Of a stretch of 64,000 nt of DNA, positions 1 through 12,489 are shown one piece after another. Positions within the stretch are counted from its first letter, which is position 1, and each line of letters starts with the position of its first letter. A model generated the notes under the pieces. The model saw nothing but the letters and a program-made list of their open reading frames with translations, was not told where the DNA came from and searched no databases. Source of the DNA: Raillietiella orientalis (lineage: Eukaryota); assembly GCA_036172245.1 (NCBI GenBank), contig JAYWIR010000013.1:3968001-4032000 (forward strand). The letters are read 5' to 3'. The translations under genes were made by a program, and so were the position numbers.

Positions 1-1299
1 ACGGGGCAGTCGCTCCAGGCCTCGAGGTCACAGCCAAGGAGGGAAGCTGCCACGAGCTGCCTAAAGGGTCGGGCAGAGTAGTCGCCTGTGTCCACGGGGG
101 AGCCCTTGCAAACTTCCGGCACGAAGCATTTCGTTTCCCGTGCTCGGAAACCTCCGGTCCTTTCTCCTCCTCCCAGCTTCGTGATTCTGGCTAAAGTGCT
201 CGAGCGACTGTTCACGGGTCGGGGTGACAGAGATTTCGGAAAGAAGAAGAAGAAGAAAAAAAAATCGTCATCTCCTCTTCACCAAATGCCCGGAGAATTC
301 CGTTCGGATCCACCCGGTCAGGTCCACTTGAGGAAGGAGGAATGGAAATCCAGAGGTTTTTCGCTTCAGGACGCCGCGTTCGAGAAGAATGGAACGCATT
401 CTTTCGTGGCCGAGCCTCAGTTCTCGAGCTCCATGGCAACTCTCATGCCTTCCCCAGCGCAGTGTGAAAGAATCTGGGTGTTCTCCTGATGAGTGATACA
501 AAGGGTATAAATCTGTTCAGAGGTCAAACATGCAAGCCGAGCTAATGAACAACAGCACCGCGAAGGACAAGCGGTTCATCTTTCTGAAAAATGAGTAATT
601 AAGCACATGTTGTGCACGGTTGCCCGCTGCTCTTGCATCAGGTCTGCCCATGGTGGTAGCCCGGCGCACTTTGCGCTCAACATGTCGCCACGGAGCAGGC
701 ATCCCTTTCGAGCACGTCAGCACTCGCATACCGCCCAAGGTTTTCTTTTTTGGCACGGAAGAAACGCAGTGGGCAGAGAAGAACCCCAACTCGCTGCTCC
801 GAAGGATCGGAAACTCGACTGCATCCACTGGGCTCCGTGGTTTGTGGTCAGCACTTTCCAAGGAGTGCTGGGCTCAAGCACCCAGACTAGCAAGATGAAA
901 AGGCGGATGCGCGCGTTCCCTTCGCCGCTTCCTTTCAGCAAGGACTCCTTTCGTCGCCCGACGGTCGGCGATAAATATCGTGCGAATCGGTCAGCGCCAG
1001 CGAAAAGTCGACCTCTCGCGGCTGCTGCTACAAAGATGTTCGCGGCCTCGCGAAGCGAAGGATGAATTTGAGCCTTCCGTTTCCGTCGGAGCTGTGCCGC
1101 CGCCAAGTCTGGAGACGTCACTGGGCGCGACGTCCCGGCCATCCTTGATGACTCCGCATTTCATCCGACAAATTTCTCTGCGTTCCGCTCGAGGATCCAC
1201 GCGTCGAAACGAAAAGACCCTTTCATGGGTAGTGTGCTCCCTACTCTTCCTATTCGTTCGTGGGGGGGAGCAAACGGTCTTGTGGTGTGCTGGTTGATT

Positions 1300-4200
1300 C
1301 ACAGCACCATCTCTTGCTGCCTTGAATATCTCGAATAGGATTAACGTAGATGCAGATCGCCATTAAAAACAAAGGGTTCGCGGATGTTGTGCGGGAGATG
1401 CTGCACTTCACATCCCTGCCAAAGTGCGCGCGGACCTCAGCCTGTCCGTCCCTTAAGGTGGCATCCTGGAGATTCAGGCGTTCCGACTGTCGATGGTCTG
1501 TTAGCAGCTCGGGCGTGGAAAAGCAACAGGCAGATGGACGGCCAGGAAAGCTTAGCTCGGTGCTTGTTTCCATGTCTTTGTGACAGCTGATTTTTTAAAG
1601 TGTGTGTGTGTTTTTGTGGTTTCCTTGTTCGACAGAACGTGTTCGTGTTCGTGCGCTCTCCTCAGCGCTGGCTTGAATTCAAAAGTCCGCAGCCGGAGTC
1701 GTTTTCCCGCAGGACATCCCCACCTGCGCCGTATCCATGCGAACGGCGTTCGTTACGCTCGGAAATATTCCTCGAGCGAGTGGCGGAACTTCTGGAAACG
1801 TCATCCGAGGAATTCGGCAAACGAATGGATCTCGGGCGAATCTTTCAAGCGACCGTCTCTGAAGAAACCCCCAGCTTCTTCGGGCTCCCATACGCATCGC
1901 GCGGAGGGCAAGCTGCATCATTCCGAACAGCCGTCGTGTAGTCTCTGCGTGAAGCCTTCCTCATTTGTGCGATCACAAAGAGGGCCCGTGGTTTCGCTGC
2001 TGGCTCGGAGAGAGTCCCTGCATCCTGAGTGGTCTGCTGCTGCTCGCCGGGCTGCTGCTCGCAGAGCACGTGCGCACGGTAGCAGGAACTCTTCCTCTCG
2101 GGACTGGAAGAAGGAAGCTGCGCGCTAACGAGCTCGCATCACCTCGGAGGTCACTTCTGAAACTCGCCCAACTACCTAAAATATGCAGACGTGGTAACGA
2201 GGAAACGAGCCGAAACACTCACAATATTTCAAGGCTGCATGCTGGGAAGCTGATTGCAGATGAGTTGTGCGCTCTCCTGTGTGGATCGCCATCGGTGTTA
2301 AAGCTCTTGATTTGTATTCCGTGAAAGACGTCGGATGCATTGGAACACCGGGAATCTCCTAAAGAATGCGCTTGGTTCTTAGCGAATGACCGCTTCCGCA
2401 AGCGAGATGGCCGTCTCTTGCTGCGCACGAGTAGCCTCCGACAGTTCGACGACGTGGCTGTTTGTTAAAGGTGCCCAATGATGGCACTCCTCTCCAGCCT
2501 CTGAGCAAAAACTCCTTTCGGGGATGGGATGCTGCGTTCCTGAAAAACTTGTTCGTCCTGATGGATCGGAATCGCGTGGCAGCTTCCAGTAGCATGCAAG
2601 ACGCTTGCAAAGTCGGTTTCGATGGCTGACAGAGAGAAGTGCAAGTCTTTCCGAGGGGGGAAGCTGACCTCGAGAAGCAGCAGCGATTCTACAATGCGCT
2701 AGCAGCTGCAGGGATGCTTCGCAAAGAACTTTCAACGCTGGTTTTCAGGGTGGGCTGCTAAGGTTCGTCCCGGTTGGCGGTGACGTCGTAGAAGCATCCT
2801 CCTCGATGGAGCGGGGAAGCAAAACAAGCAAAGAAGGCCTTAGGAAGCAGCAAACAGAGATAATGGTCCTCATCAGGCAGTCTTGAGTCTCCATCATCGA
2901 GTTCCCTTGGTCCTTCCGGAGGGTTTCAAGCCGTACTGCGTCAAAAAGGAAACATCTACGAGAGCGAATTCTCAACTAAAGACGAGCCAGCAGAACGAGG
3001 TGCAGACTTCAAGAAGAAATCATGCGGTGGTTCGTGGATAATCCCATCTTGGAGCCGATCTTGTTCAGAGCAAGGTAGACCAGATGAAAACGTGGATGGC
3101 TGCCTTAGTGCTAGGGAGGCTGCTGGTCATCGGAAACTGAATCAAGCAGGGGCGCTGCTACTAAGGCACAAGAGGTCTTCGAGATGTCAGTGAGAATTTT
3201 TCTATCAGTAAGTGCATGCACGTGAACGATAGATTTCCCAGGAATTAGCACACGGGTAGTGTTCGGCAGATAAGATTTCCGCTTCCAAAACTTTACTGGC
3301 AAAATGGAAAATGTCAAGAATCAACAAGCCGGGATGCAGGGCTTCAAAGCAGAGCCATTTGGTTATTATCGTTGTAGGCGTTGACAGAGTTAGCATAGTA
3401 AAGCACTTCTTCTTGATGGAAAGTTTGCTGGAAACCTTGAGAACGGAAGCGTTCGCCGGTGTACTTTCGCCTGGAGCAACGAGAGCCCGTCGCATGACCA
3501 GCTGGAGGGGTTCAATCCAGTGACCCAAGAAGGACAAGAAGGGAATTCCCTCGCAAGTTCCACCGGATGCCAACGAGCGCACACGCGGAACTGTCATCCA
3601 TTTTTCAGAGTGAGAGATCGAGTCCTTCGGAGAGAGACTGGGACCGAAAGCACCCGCCGTTTGCTTTCGTTTCTTTCTCAGAGACGGGACGTGTCAGTTT
3701 GAAAGCGTCGTGCTGTTGCAGGGACTGCAGCAGGTCATGAATGAACTCCGAGCGCCGATTGCATTTCAACTCGAATCCACCCCTGGCCATGCGGCATTCT
3801 CCACTCTCTCTTGCTCTGAAGTTGAGTTTTGGCTGCCTGCATCCGTCCATTAGCATAAGGATGGAGCAACCTTTGTCCAAAAAATATGCAGCAAGGGAAC
3901 TTTGCCATCTCGGCCAGCCTCTTATTTGCGCCGTGAACTCCATCACCTAATAGGAAGCTGCCTATGTCGCTTGCACTGGTTAGGGGTGATTCTGATTAGA
4001 GCGGCCTTTCGAAAACCACTGGAAATCGTCTTCCATGGGAACGCTCTTAGCATTCGCACATCGCTCGTGAACGATTCGCGGCAACTGCTGTTTAGCGATG
4101 CCACCCGAATTTCACAGTACCTCGATCTCTTCCGGTTGGACCCGACCCGGAGACTTTCGAAGCCGAGTGATCATTCTGATCTGTGCAGAGAGGCTTTGGT

Positions 4201-4420
4201 CTTTAAATCTGCTGCATCTGCTGCATCCCGCCCACTCACCCTCACAGTTCGAGTCGCCGCATTGCATCTGCGTGCGAACCTGCATTTTTGCATCCTTCAT
4301 AGTTCGCGCTGGGAACAACGCCAGCGCCTTCAAGAAATTCAGCTCCAGTTCGGCCTCCATCCGTCATCTCACTGCATTTCGGCTTTCTTAGGACTGGGGC
4401 CTCACAGCGAACGAGAGCGG
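1300..4420 (+). pseudogene. Degenerate ankyrin-repeat + NACHT NTPase (NLR/STAND-like) gene
   Basis: Motifs occur in canonical order across shifting frames. Ankyrin-like: GDAALHIPAK (1394), EETPSFF (~1861), ALLCGSPSVLKLLI (~2270), DGTPLQPL (~2480). Pre-Walker-A RLLVIGN (~3117); Walker-B-like HLVIIVVGVDRV (3356-3391); LEGFNPVTQE (~3502, cf. ILGFS); SPLSLAL (~3798, cf. NPLLL); SLVNDSRQLLFS; LTVRVAALHL (4241-4270, cf. FxHLTxQEFLAALHL). Many stops and frameshifts. Confidence 0.65.
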
Positions 4421-6043
4421 GATGCTTCGGAGGAAAGAGAAACGAAGTATCCGCGTTGCAGCATCCATTCGAAAGGGTTCTAAGCCGATCCTGTCGGTGC
4501 TTCCAATGTCAACCGTTCCTCACGTGCTGCGCTAATCTCTGCAGTCACGCTAAGCAGCTGGAAACGCTGAAGACTTTTTCGAAAAAGCCCTGTCTTTTCA
4601 CTGCTGGGCACGATCCAATGCTGTCACAGCTCACGCTTTTCGGACGTGAGCTCGGGAATTCATACATTCGAATGCTGGAAGGGCAGGCACAATGGCTCAC
4701 CTTTCTTCCGTTGTGAGCAGCGGGTTGTGGTGGTGCCTCGCATCGTGAAAGATGAATGCTTCAGAAAGAGTCGAACACTTCTCCACTGATTTTTGATGGA
4801 AGGAAGAAATGCACCCCCACCGCTTGATCACGCCTGAGTCCAGGCAAGACTCCTGGCACGTGTTGACCTCGTCGGTGAAAGAATGCAAGAGTTCCCCAAT
4901 GCAGAGATGCACGCGAAGAAACACGGAAGACACACACGGAAGGGGCAACAGCGATGTGCGGCAGTGAAGAAGAGACGGCGATCGAGGTGGCTGCAGCTTT
5001 TTCTCAACCAGACCTTAGGTTCTAGCATGGAGGAGAATTTTTGTGTCTTCTTCTTCCTTTCCTAGGATGATGAGCATGACGCGAGCAGAGTGAATGGACG
5101 GTGGGAAGATCATTTCTTGTGCATCCCTCATCAGCAGAGAGATCGCGCTGACGAGGAATGCTTCCTAGCAAATAATATCCACAAGAATATTTAACGCGAT
5201 AAAAGATTCTTAGAAGATGCTGAGGCAATTTAAGAGAGCAGAACGTTTTTCTTCCTGACACTTCGGACTTGAAAAATAGCATGCCGTGGACGGAGTTTCA
5301 CGGCTTCTTTCGCTTTCCCTTGATCGAGCGATAGCAGTGGAGGCCGAGGTCAGCATCGGCAAATGAGAATCCTAAAGAATCGCGAGGGGTGAGCGGCTGA
5401 GCTGCCTCAGATCTATGGGGGTATCATGACAAGACGTGCAGATTCGCGGTCTCCGATCTACCTGCTCGTCCAGCCAGCGTGTAGACTCACCTGCGGCTGA
5501 CAAAAGAAACGGAGCCTGGTTTCCTTCTTGCAGAAGAAACGGAAAGAGGAAGGGAACGCAAGTCCGCGAACCGGAGTTTCGTGCCCTTCAGTCATCCTGA
5601 CCAGAGGAGAAGCGAGGACCATCTCGAGTCGAGCCTTGCTGTAGGAAGACGCCGAACGTGTGCATCGACTTCTCCGCGGATGTCCTGAAGGTCCCTCGTT
5701 TCCGTGGAACCACTCGCTTTTCCGGAGGCTCGTGAGGGGGAGGGTCTCGTCTCCACAAACTCTCGAGAGGCCTTGCATTCATCTCCACTGCTTTGTCGAC
5801 GCTCGGAGGAGGTTCGGAGACGTGCAGCAACCCCCCTACCGCGGCTGTTCCCGAAGCGGTGTGCTGAGGATCGCGTCCGTCGCTGACACTCGTAGCTCCA
5901 GGCTGTTTCCTCTCTCGCCCCACACTGTCGGCGCGCATGCGACGGATCTGAAGCTCCTGCAGCACTTCCTCGGATCCCATGATATACCAGGGAGTCTGCA
6001 CCCAGTCACGCCGGAGCTCATATAGTGAAAAAAAAAAAAAAAA

Positions 6044-6345
6044 CTACATATGAACTGTCAAAATCCATATATCCCTATATAAACTTCCACTATGAACTTT
6101 ATACAGTCCTCCCTTCATAGTAAAATCCCAATTCCTATACGTCGGCGAATGTCCCGGAGGCGATTCTTGCTCGCGCTGCCGACATGCGGCTGCGGTCTCC
6201 TTCGCACATGGCGCCAAGCATCCGAACCCCACCAGGGAAGGGATGAACGCTGAGAAATGGGGGGTGCGTCGTGGGTTTCGATTCCCTTCCCCCTCAGGAT
6301 GACGCTGGTTGGCCTGCGGGCTTGGAGTGCGGCACTGGTTGTCAC
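6044..6345 (-). mobile_element. CR1/L2-like LINE fragment (same family as 6950-9800, 25190-26790, 63760-64000)
   Basis: 6266-6335 (gtcgtgggtttcga...caggatgacgctggttggcctgcgggctt) aligns at DNA level with 25277-25330 and 63862-63925. Confidence 0.55.
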
Positions 6346-6360
6346 CCAGTCACAACCCAG

Positions 6361-6416
6361 TCCTGCCACAGCGTGTGTGCGTATTTATAAAATAAACACA
6401 CGCGTCTGTGGCAGGA
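6361..6416. repeat. 56-nt inverted repeat / hairpin
   Basis: TCCTGCCACAG-CGTGTGT ... ACACACG-(cgt)-CTGTGGCAGGA around an AT-rich loop; read directly. Confidence 0.85.
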
Positions 6417-6949
6417 TGTTTGATCCTGATACGTTACTTGAGGGGGGGAGGGCTCAGAAAGGAATCACCGGGTGCTGGAGGGTGCCCTCTGCATCCTTGT
6501 AAGGATGCCGGCAAGTTCCCGCTTCAAGACTCTCAGATGGGGTCATCTTGACATCGTCCTCATGAAGAGCATAGATGGCGTCCCTGTTGTTCCATGAGGC
6601 CACGATCCCGCGTGGGTAGCAAAGTGCTGCTGGGGATGCGACCGGAGTGAGGGTGTCGTGCTGGAAGAGGTGCTTCACAACGTCTCTTGTGTTGCCGCCT
6701 GGGATCCCAAGGGTCGCAGCAAAGCATCCCCAAAGGAGTCGGAGGGCAACAGAGTCCACTTGGAAGTGCAGGAGGGATTCCCTATCCTCGCTCCTTGGAC
6801 AGTTTGAATACACACACCCTCGTGCCCAATAATGCTGGTGGACGGTGCACGGGAGACCCCAGTGCAGCAGCATCAACTCCGACTCTTGCCACTTCAAGGA
6901 GAGGATGCGGGTGTTCATGAGCACCAGAGGTCAGGTCGCAGGTCTTTTT

Positions 6950-9800
6950 CTAGAATAGCCAGCTACACGTCCCAGCGCAAAAGTCCACGAGGTCGAGGAC
7001 TCGGGGTCGCAGCGTCAGTGAGCTGGCCCGTCGTCCACTTTTCCAGTCCCTTCCTCCTTCGGGAGCATAGTAACCTCCCATCCAGCCGTAAGTCTGGCTG
7101 TCCTTGTGTTTCCTGAGGGATGGCAGCGCGGCGACGAGGGAGTTCTGCTTGCCCACGCACTCTTCGTGGGATCTTCCAGGATCTCCCGGAGCGTGTGCTT
7201 TTGCTGCTGCGCGTTCACAGGAAACGTCGCACCTGTTCTGCTCTTGGCTCCTGGATCCTTGCCCACGTGCGAACGGTTCCCTGCAACCAGGCACTACCGT
7301 TCGCGGTGCAACACGGGATCCATCCCAGTTCTTCCTGGCCAGCGTGCCACCTTCCAAAGATGCAGTCCGCAGTGGATGAGGCTACGTGGACGGCGCGCAA
7401 GGAAGGACGCGGTACTGGAAGTCGTAAGCTCCCGTTGACCGGCCGCGATTGGAAGTCGAGCCTCCGGAATCCTTCCAGGAACCGGGAAGCTGGCTCCCTT
7501 CGGGGTTTCCCTCCTGTTGTGAAAGCAGAGCCGTTGCCATGGAGATGGTTGATACTTCTCCCGGGGGGTCGCCCCTCCAGAGTGTCAGAAGCGTGCTGCC
7601 CCCTTCGGGGAGCGCCCCTCAGAGAAATTCGATACCCGTACCATGGCAAGACCCAACAGTAAACCAAGAACGGTTCCCTTGCGCGTTTCCCCGGAGGAGG
7701 AATTCCAGGAAGGGATCTTTCCCGGACTCTCCTCGGTAAAGAAACGAGGAGCAACTTCCATCAGGGGGTCCCTTCGGAAAAAACAAAAAAAGAGGTTCCT
7801 TTCGGGAACAACCAGGCGGAGGGTTTCTTCCCAGGTGAAAGAGGAACTCCCTCCCTCCCTCCTGCGCCTTCCTGGATTCATAAGGTGGCTCCCACGGGGT
7901 CACCCCCTACAACTCGAAGGTTAAATGCATCCTCGGGTGGCGCTAAAGTGTTTCGTGAATGCCCCACAAGGAGGCAAACGATTCTTCAGCACTTGGAGGA
8001 CCAAAAAAAAAAAAAAAATCAATCCAAAAAAATTCTTCTGAAAAAACACTGGGGGCAGCCGAAAGGTTCGCGGAGAGCTCCCTGGAGTCTCCAGCATCCC
8101 GTCCAAGATACAGGAGAGTTCCTCCTTTCTTTGCAGATGCAGTTCATCCTTGAGGTCCTCCTTGAAAGAGAGCAGACGATCGTGATGGCGCCTCCTGTTT
8201 GCCAGGTTTCTCTCGGAGTGGCTCCTCTCGCCACGGGGCTGCTCGCGGAGGAAGCACGAAGCTGCGCACCACGCGCAGAGGAGGCCCTCGGGGTTGTCCC
8301 TTGGAGATGCAGGGCTGTAGTGAGACACTCCCACGCATTCTGAAGGGCAGCGCACTCAATCCGCAGGTGCATGGAGGTTTCTCCCTCCCGCCGCACCGGG
8401 CGCATTCCTGGGCCACACTTCCCCTCGTCCGGTGGTGAGGGAGAAGCGCGGGACGGCCCAGTGCAACAATCGGAACGCCGGGACCTACCACTTCCGGGGG
8501 GAAGCATAGAACTTCCTGGAAGCACGGCGGAGAATCCCTCGTTTTCCCCTGAGGGATTCCGAGGAGATCCGCGCAGGGTAGAGGGGTGGACAAGGATGAA
8601 CGAGCCGTCAATCTGAGATGCCATCCAGCATCCCACTCTTCGTGAAACCACGCAGGTGATTTCTCGCCTTGCGGATCTGATTCCCTCTCCGAATTTGGTG
8701 GGGCACTTTGCGTCCATAGGGGGGGGGAGGCTACCATCGCCACCCGTACCCAGGACTGTGCTCCTCTAAAGAAGAGGAGGGTTGGTCTACGGAGGTACCG
8801 AGGATGATGGCAGTGACTCGTTCCTTCTCCCACGGGACCAAGTCCAGCCGAAGTTTTCGACCTGACCTCCCGGGATCGTCCGCTCGCGCGTTCCCGCTGT
8901 TTGCGTAACCTCTTTGAGGCGGTGAAGAGGACCATTGCCCCTCCTCCGAGGAATCCTTCCCGCACCTGCTAATGGATCGTGTTGCCCTCCGGCCCATCTG
9001 GGAACGCTTTGCGGCGACCCTGAGGATCCCCCGGTGGCAACTCCAGGGACGCTTTGCGGCCCCCTCCTCCTACGCGACGCCCTTCAGCCGGCAGCCTCGC
9101 TGGCAGCTCTCTGCTGCCTATGCGGACCGTTGTTAGCTGGAGCGACTCAAGAGGAGGACCAAGCGACAGGGGTGCCACCTCCACTTCGCCGTCCGCTTCC
9201 TGAGAGATGGCTCCACCTGGATTACAACATCCAGCAAGACCTTGCCGGCATCTTCCAAAGGATGCAGAGAACCGCCCCCAGAAGAACGTGGTCCCTTCCT
9301 CCAGCCCCCCGTCCATCCCCACTTGGAAGGCGTGAGCATGGATGAGATGGGAGACAAACCCTTTCTTTCACTCAATGGCGTTGACTTTAGTGGGGGAAAG
9401 GGGAGGGGACAAGCGAGGGAAGTGCCTTTCCCTCATCTCCCACCGGAATCATCCAGACCAGCGAGTTCCAGGCCGGGAAGACCGACTTGAACAGTCGTGA
9501 GGACTCCTGCTTTTCTGGATTCTTCCATTCCTGCTGGCTTCCATGCTGCTTCAGCTTCAGGAGGACCCCAGGCAAGGTTGGAAGCTTTTGTCGGAGGGTG
9601 TTGGACAGGAGCAGAAGTCTGACCCCGGAAGGGGTGCTCGGGTGCACACTCAGCTGTGAACTCGAAGGAGCGATGGAGACCGGGAGAATGAGGGCACTCA
9701 GCAGGGTCTTTGCCGGGACGGCGGGAAAGTGCAGGGTCTCTTTCCTTCCTGCGGGGGGGGGAGTCGCGCAGGCTCCATTAGCCGGAGGCTGCAAGAGCAC
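6950..9800 (-). mobile_element. Degenerate CR1/L2-clade LINE ORF2 (APE endonuclease, RT, C-terminal region)
   Basis: Order on minus strand: endonuclease-like GGGSLHPLED (~9270); ELSCILDGMLETPGSSP (cf. PL..IFN.SLETG.VP); KNRLPP (cf. DLRPISL); SSSGETRKGTVLGLLL (cf. SGGVPQGTVLGPLLF); SHEECV...AALPSLRKHKDS (cf. SYEEAL...LPSL..RRD). DNA homology to 25310-25990 and 13040-13290. Confidence 0.65.
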
Positions 9801-10089
9801 GCGAGAGACTTTTCGAGCCTCAGCTGCTCCAGGGTGGTGGCCTCAAGTTTCGGTCCTTCCCAGAGGTTGTGCTTTCGAGGATGCAGCGGGATGGCGCTCG
9901 GTGCTGCCGGAGGCGCCGGTGCACTCGCGCGCGTGGCGACGGTGGCGGCTGCGGAAGGCGAGGAACGCGTTCCGTGCTCGCTCGCCCACCTCCGCGGCAC
10001 CCCTCCCTGCCTCTCTCCCTGCGGCATCGATCGGATGAGCGCCGCCTTTTCTTGGCTCCCTCTCAGACAAAGGGATGCGCTTGCGAGTT

Positions 10090-12250
10090 AATGAAACGCC
10101 CGCGAATCGCCATGGGAAAGGAGGAAGGAGGAGGAGAGGGACGAAGCCGAGACACCGCAGAAGCGCAGCGAGGAGGAGGGGGTAGGCGGGAAGGAGGAGG
10201 AGGGAGGGAGGGGGGGGGGGGAGAAATCGAATTTCTGCGGCGCGTGACCTTAAACTTTGCTCCGAATGGTTTCTGTCATCTGGAAATGAATGTTTCGCCT
10301 TATCGTCCGACTTATCAGCATCCGTCAGGGCGCGCGACTCCGTAATTCATGACCACCGTACTTTAGGGTTTGTCACGAAGATGCTGACTGCGACATCCGA
10401 GTTCCAATTCCTCGGAATCTGGATAGTCTGCGCCAGCTCCCCCCGCCGCTGGTAATGCGAGGGGGGGGGGGGGGGGGGGTTTGGCGAATCGGGCCCGAGA
10501 TCGAAAGACAAGAACGAAATCCGCGCGCTCGCTGGGGGGGAAGAGGACAGGAAAAGAGCGAGCGGGCAAAGATGCCCCCTCGCCGCCGCCGCCGCCGATG
10601 CTGCCTGTACCATCCGACGAGAGGGCGGAAGGCGCGCTCGCTCGCCCGCGCCGACGAAGGAGGCGCCGACGCCGCCTCCTCCGAACGCGACGGCGGGCGC
10701 GCCGCGCTCCCTCAAAAACCCGTCTTCCCCGAGACTGCGGCCGGAGGGGAGGGGAGGGGAGGGCTCGCCCACCCCCCCTCCCCTCCCCTTTCGCTCTTCC
10801 GCCCTGCACCACCCGCCTCCCGCGAGGACCGAGCAGGACGAGGAAGGTCTTTGCCATCCTCGCCGTTCTCCGGCAACGCGGGGGTGCGCGCTTGCCCTGA
10901 GGCGCCAAAGTGCTTCAGGGGTTTTCGCTTCGCTCCTTCCCCCCTCCCGCGTGCGCAGCTCCGCTCGCAGGAAAGGACGGCGAACCGAGTGCTCGACGGA
11001 CGAAAGAAGGGGGTTCGTTCCCTCGTCCCCCCTCCCCCCTTCCGTCCGCGAAGGGGTCGTCTCCGCTTCCTCCGCCGCCGCCTGCCGGCCATTCGTCCCT
11101 CCTTCTCCGAAAGGTAAACAACGTCCGGGAGAGGGAGGGAAAAAAAAGGAAAAAGCCGCGGGAAGCAGGCAGGGATGCGCCGCCTCCGTGGTCCTTTGTT
11201 TTGACAACTTGTTTGCAGCAGCGCGACAAGTGCTGCGGAGAAAGCCAAAAAAAAAAAGAAAGAAAGAACGGGAAACCTGGGAGGGAGGGAGGGAGGGAGG
11301 GAGGATGCCCCCGCAAGATCCGCGGAACGCGTCCGCTCCGCTCCGCTCGCGCCCCCGTGCTCGATAAACCCCGCGGGTCGTTCGGGGCCGCGGATCTCCC
11401 GCCACCATTCGGTACGACATTCTTCCCTCCCATTTTAATTCATTTCATCTTCGCAGCGGAGAGTCGTTCGGATGCGTTGCATCATTACGTTCGTCTCGTG
11501 CGTGACCGACGCACACGAACGGCTGCCTTCCCTTGTTCTCCCGTAGGAACCGGAAACCGAAATCCGGAAAGGCAAAAATGTCAGGAAAACTTGCGGGGCC
11601 CGAAGCTGAAATTCCCCCTCTGGGCAGCGGCAGCGACAACAACGGGGAAAAAAGAAAAAACGGCAAGTAGAAGAAGAAGAAGGAGAAGAAGAAGAGAGGA
11701 AAAAAACGGAATGGAGAGGAGCCACTCCGCCGCCGCGGGGACGGCTCTGCACGAGTGTGGCGACGGCATTCGGAGGAGGAAAGCGCCAGCCGGCCTCCCT
11801 GCGCGCTGCCCTTCGAGCACCCTGGGCAACCACCACCCCGGTTCCCCCCGCTTCGGCCGCTGCCACGGGCGGCGGCGCCTTTCGTCGAGGTGCGCGCGGG
11901 AGGACCCTGGAAGAGCCGCCCGGAACGGGCGACCGTTGGGCCTCCTGGCCGAGGCGCAGGTGTTGTTTCCGCGGACGGGCCCCCGGGGCTGCTCTCGCCG
12001 GCCCGGCGGCTGCGCACGCCGCCGGGACTCCTTGTCGAGGGCGAGAAAGGGCCAGGGAGGGCGCTTCCCGCCGCGCTTCTCGACGAGGCGCCCACGTGAC
12101 GCGCGAACGGCCGTGTCTTCGGGGCGGCGGCCGGGTGCAAAATGGCCGCGCGCCAGTTCGCCGCTGGTGGCTGCCGGGAGGGCGCGCACCCCGTGTCCTC
12201 TCTTCGTTCCGCTGGTGCTTTGAAGATTAACAGCAAATTAATGAAAGATA
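10090..12250. other. Very GC/CpG-rich island with G/C homopolymers and GCC repeats
   Basis: Composition seen directly. The long overlapping Arg/Pro/Gly-rich ORFs are consistent with stop-codon scarcity. No recognisable product. Confidence 0.6.
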
Positions 12251-12489
12251 ACGAAGCTGGACGTCCTGGTGCGATCACTTCAGAGAGGAGGAAAGGAAAA
12301 AAAACTGCTCGCCGGAAGGCCCATTTCTTTTATGGGTTTCTGCTCTTTCCGTCTCCATGGAAGCCACGAAAAAGCGCGACTTTCTCAACTTGGCGCGCAT
12401 TCCTTTTGTCTCACAAGAACAGCATTCCGTTTCAGGAGCTCATTTTCAGCTCTTTTTTTCTTTCTGGAGGAAACAAAAAAAAAAAAAAA

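Larger units (their letters stand above)
5480..6930 (-). mobile_element. Ty3/Gypsy LTR retrotransposon remnant (RT and integrase fragments), interrupted by a LINE fragment
   Basis: 6450-6930: SEDRESLLHFQVDSVALRLLWGCFAAT...IVASW resembles EDREKTAF..FQF.VMPFGL..A.ATF / ILIAS. 5480-6020: LREQPR*...PNLLRA and RPLESLWRR resemble integrase EQPRDWD..LP.LLFAY / SPFELLYGR. Confidence 0.5.

Noticed and set aside
88..489. Tc1/IS630-like transposase fragment (QCERIW)
   Set aside because: One weak motif only; not enough to call.
10347..12278. Long ORFs (357-437 aa) on both strands in the GC island
   Set aside because: Overlapping Arg/Pro/Gly-rich frames crossing homopolymers. Expected from stop-codon scarcity, with no recognisable domain.
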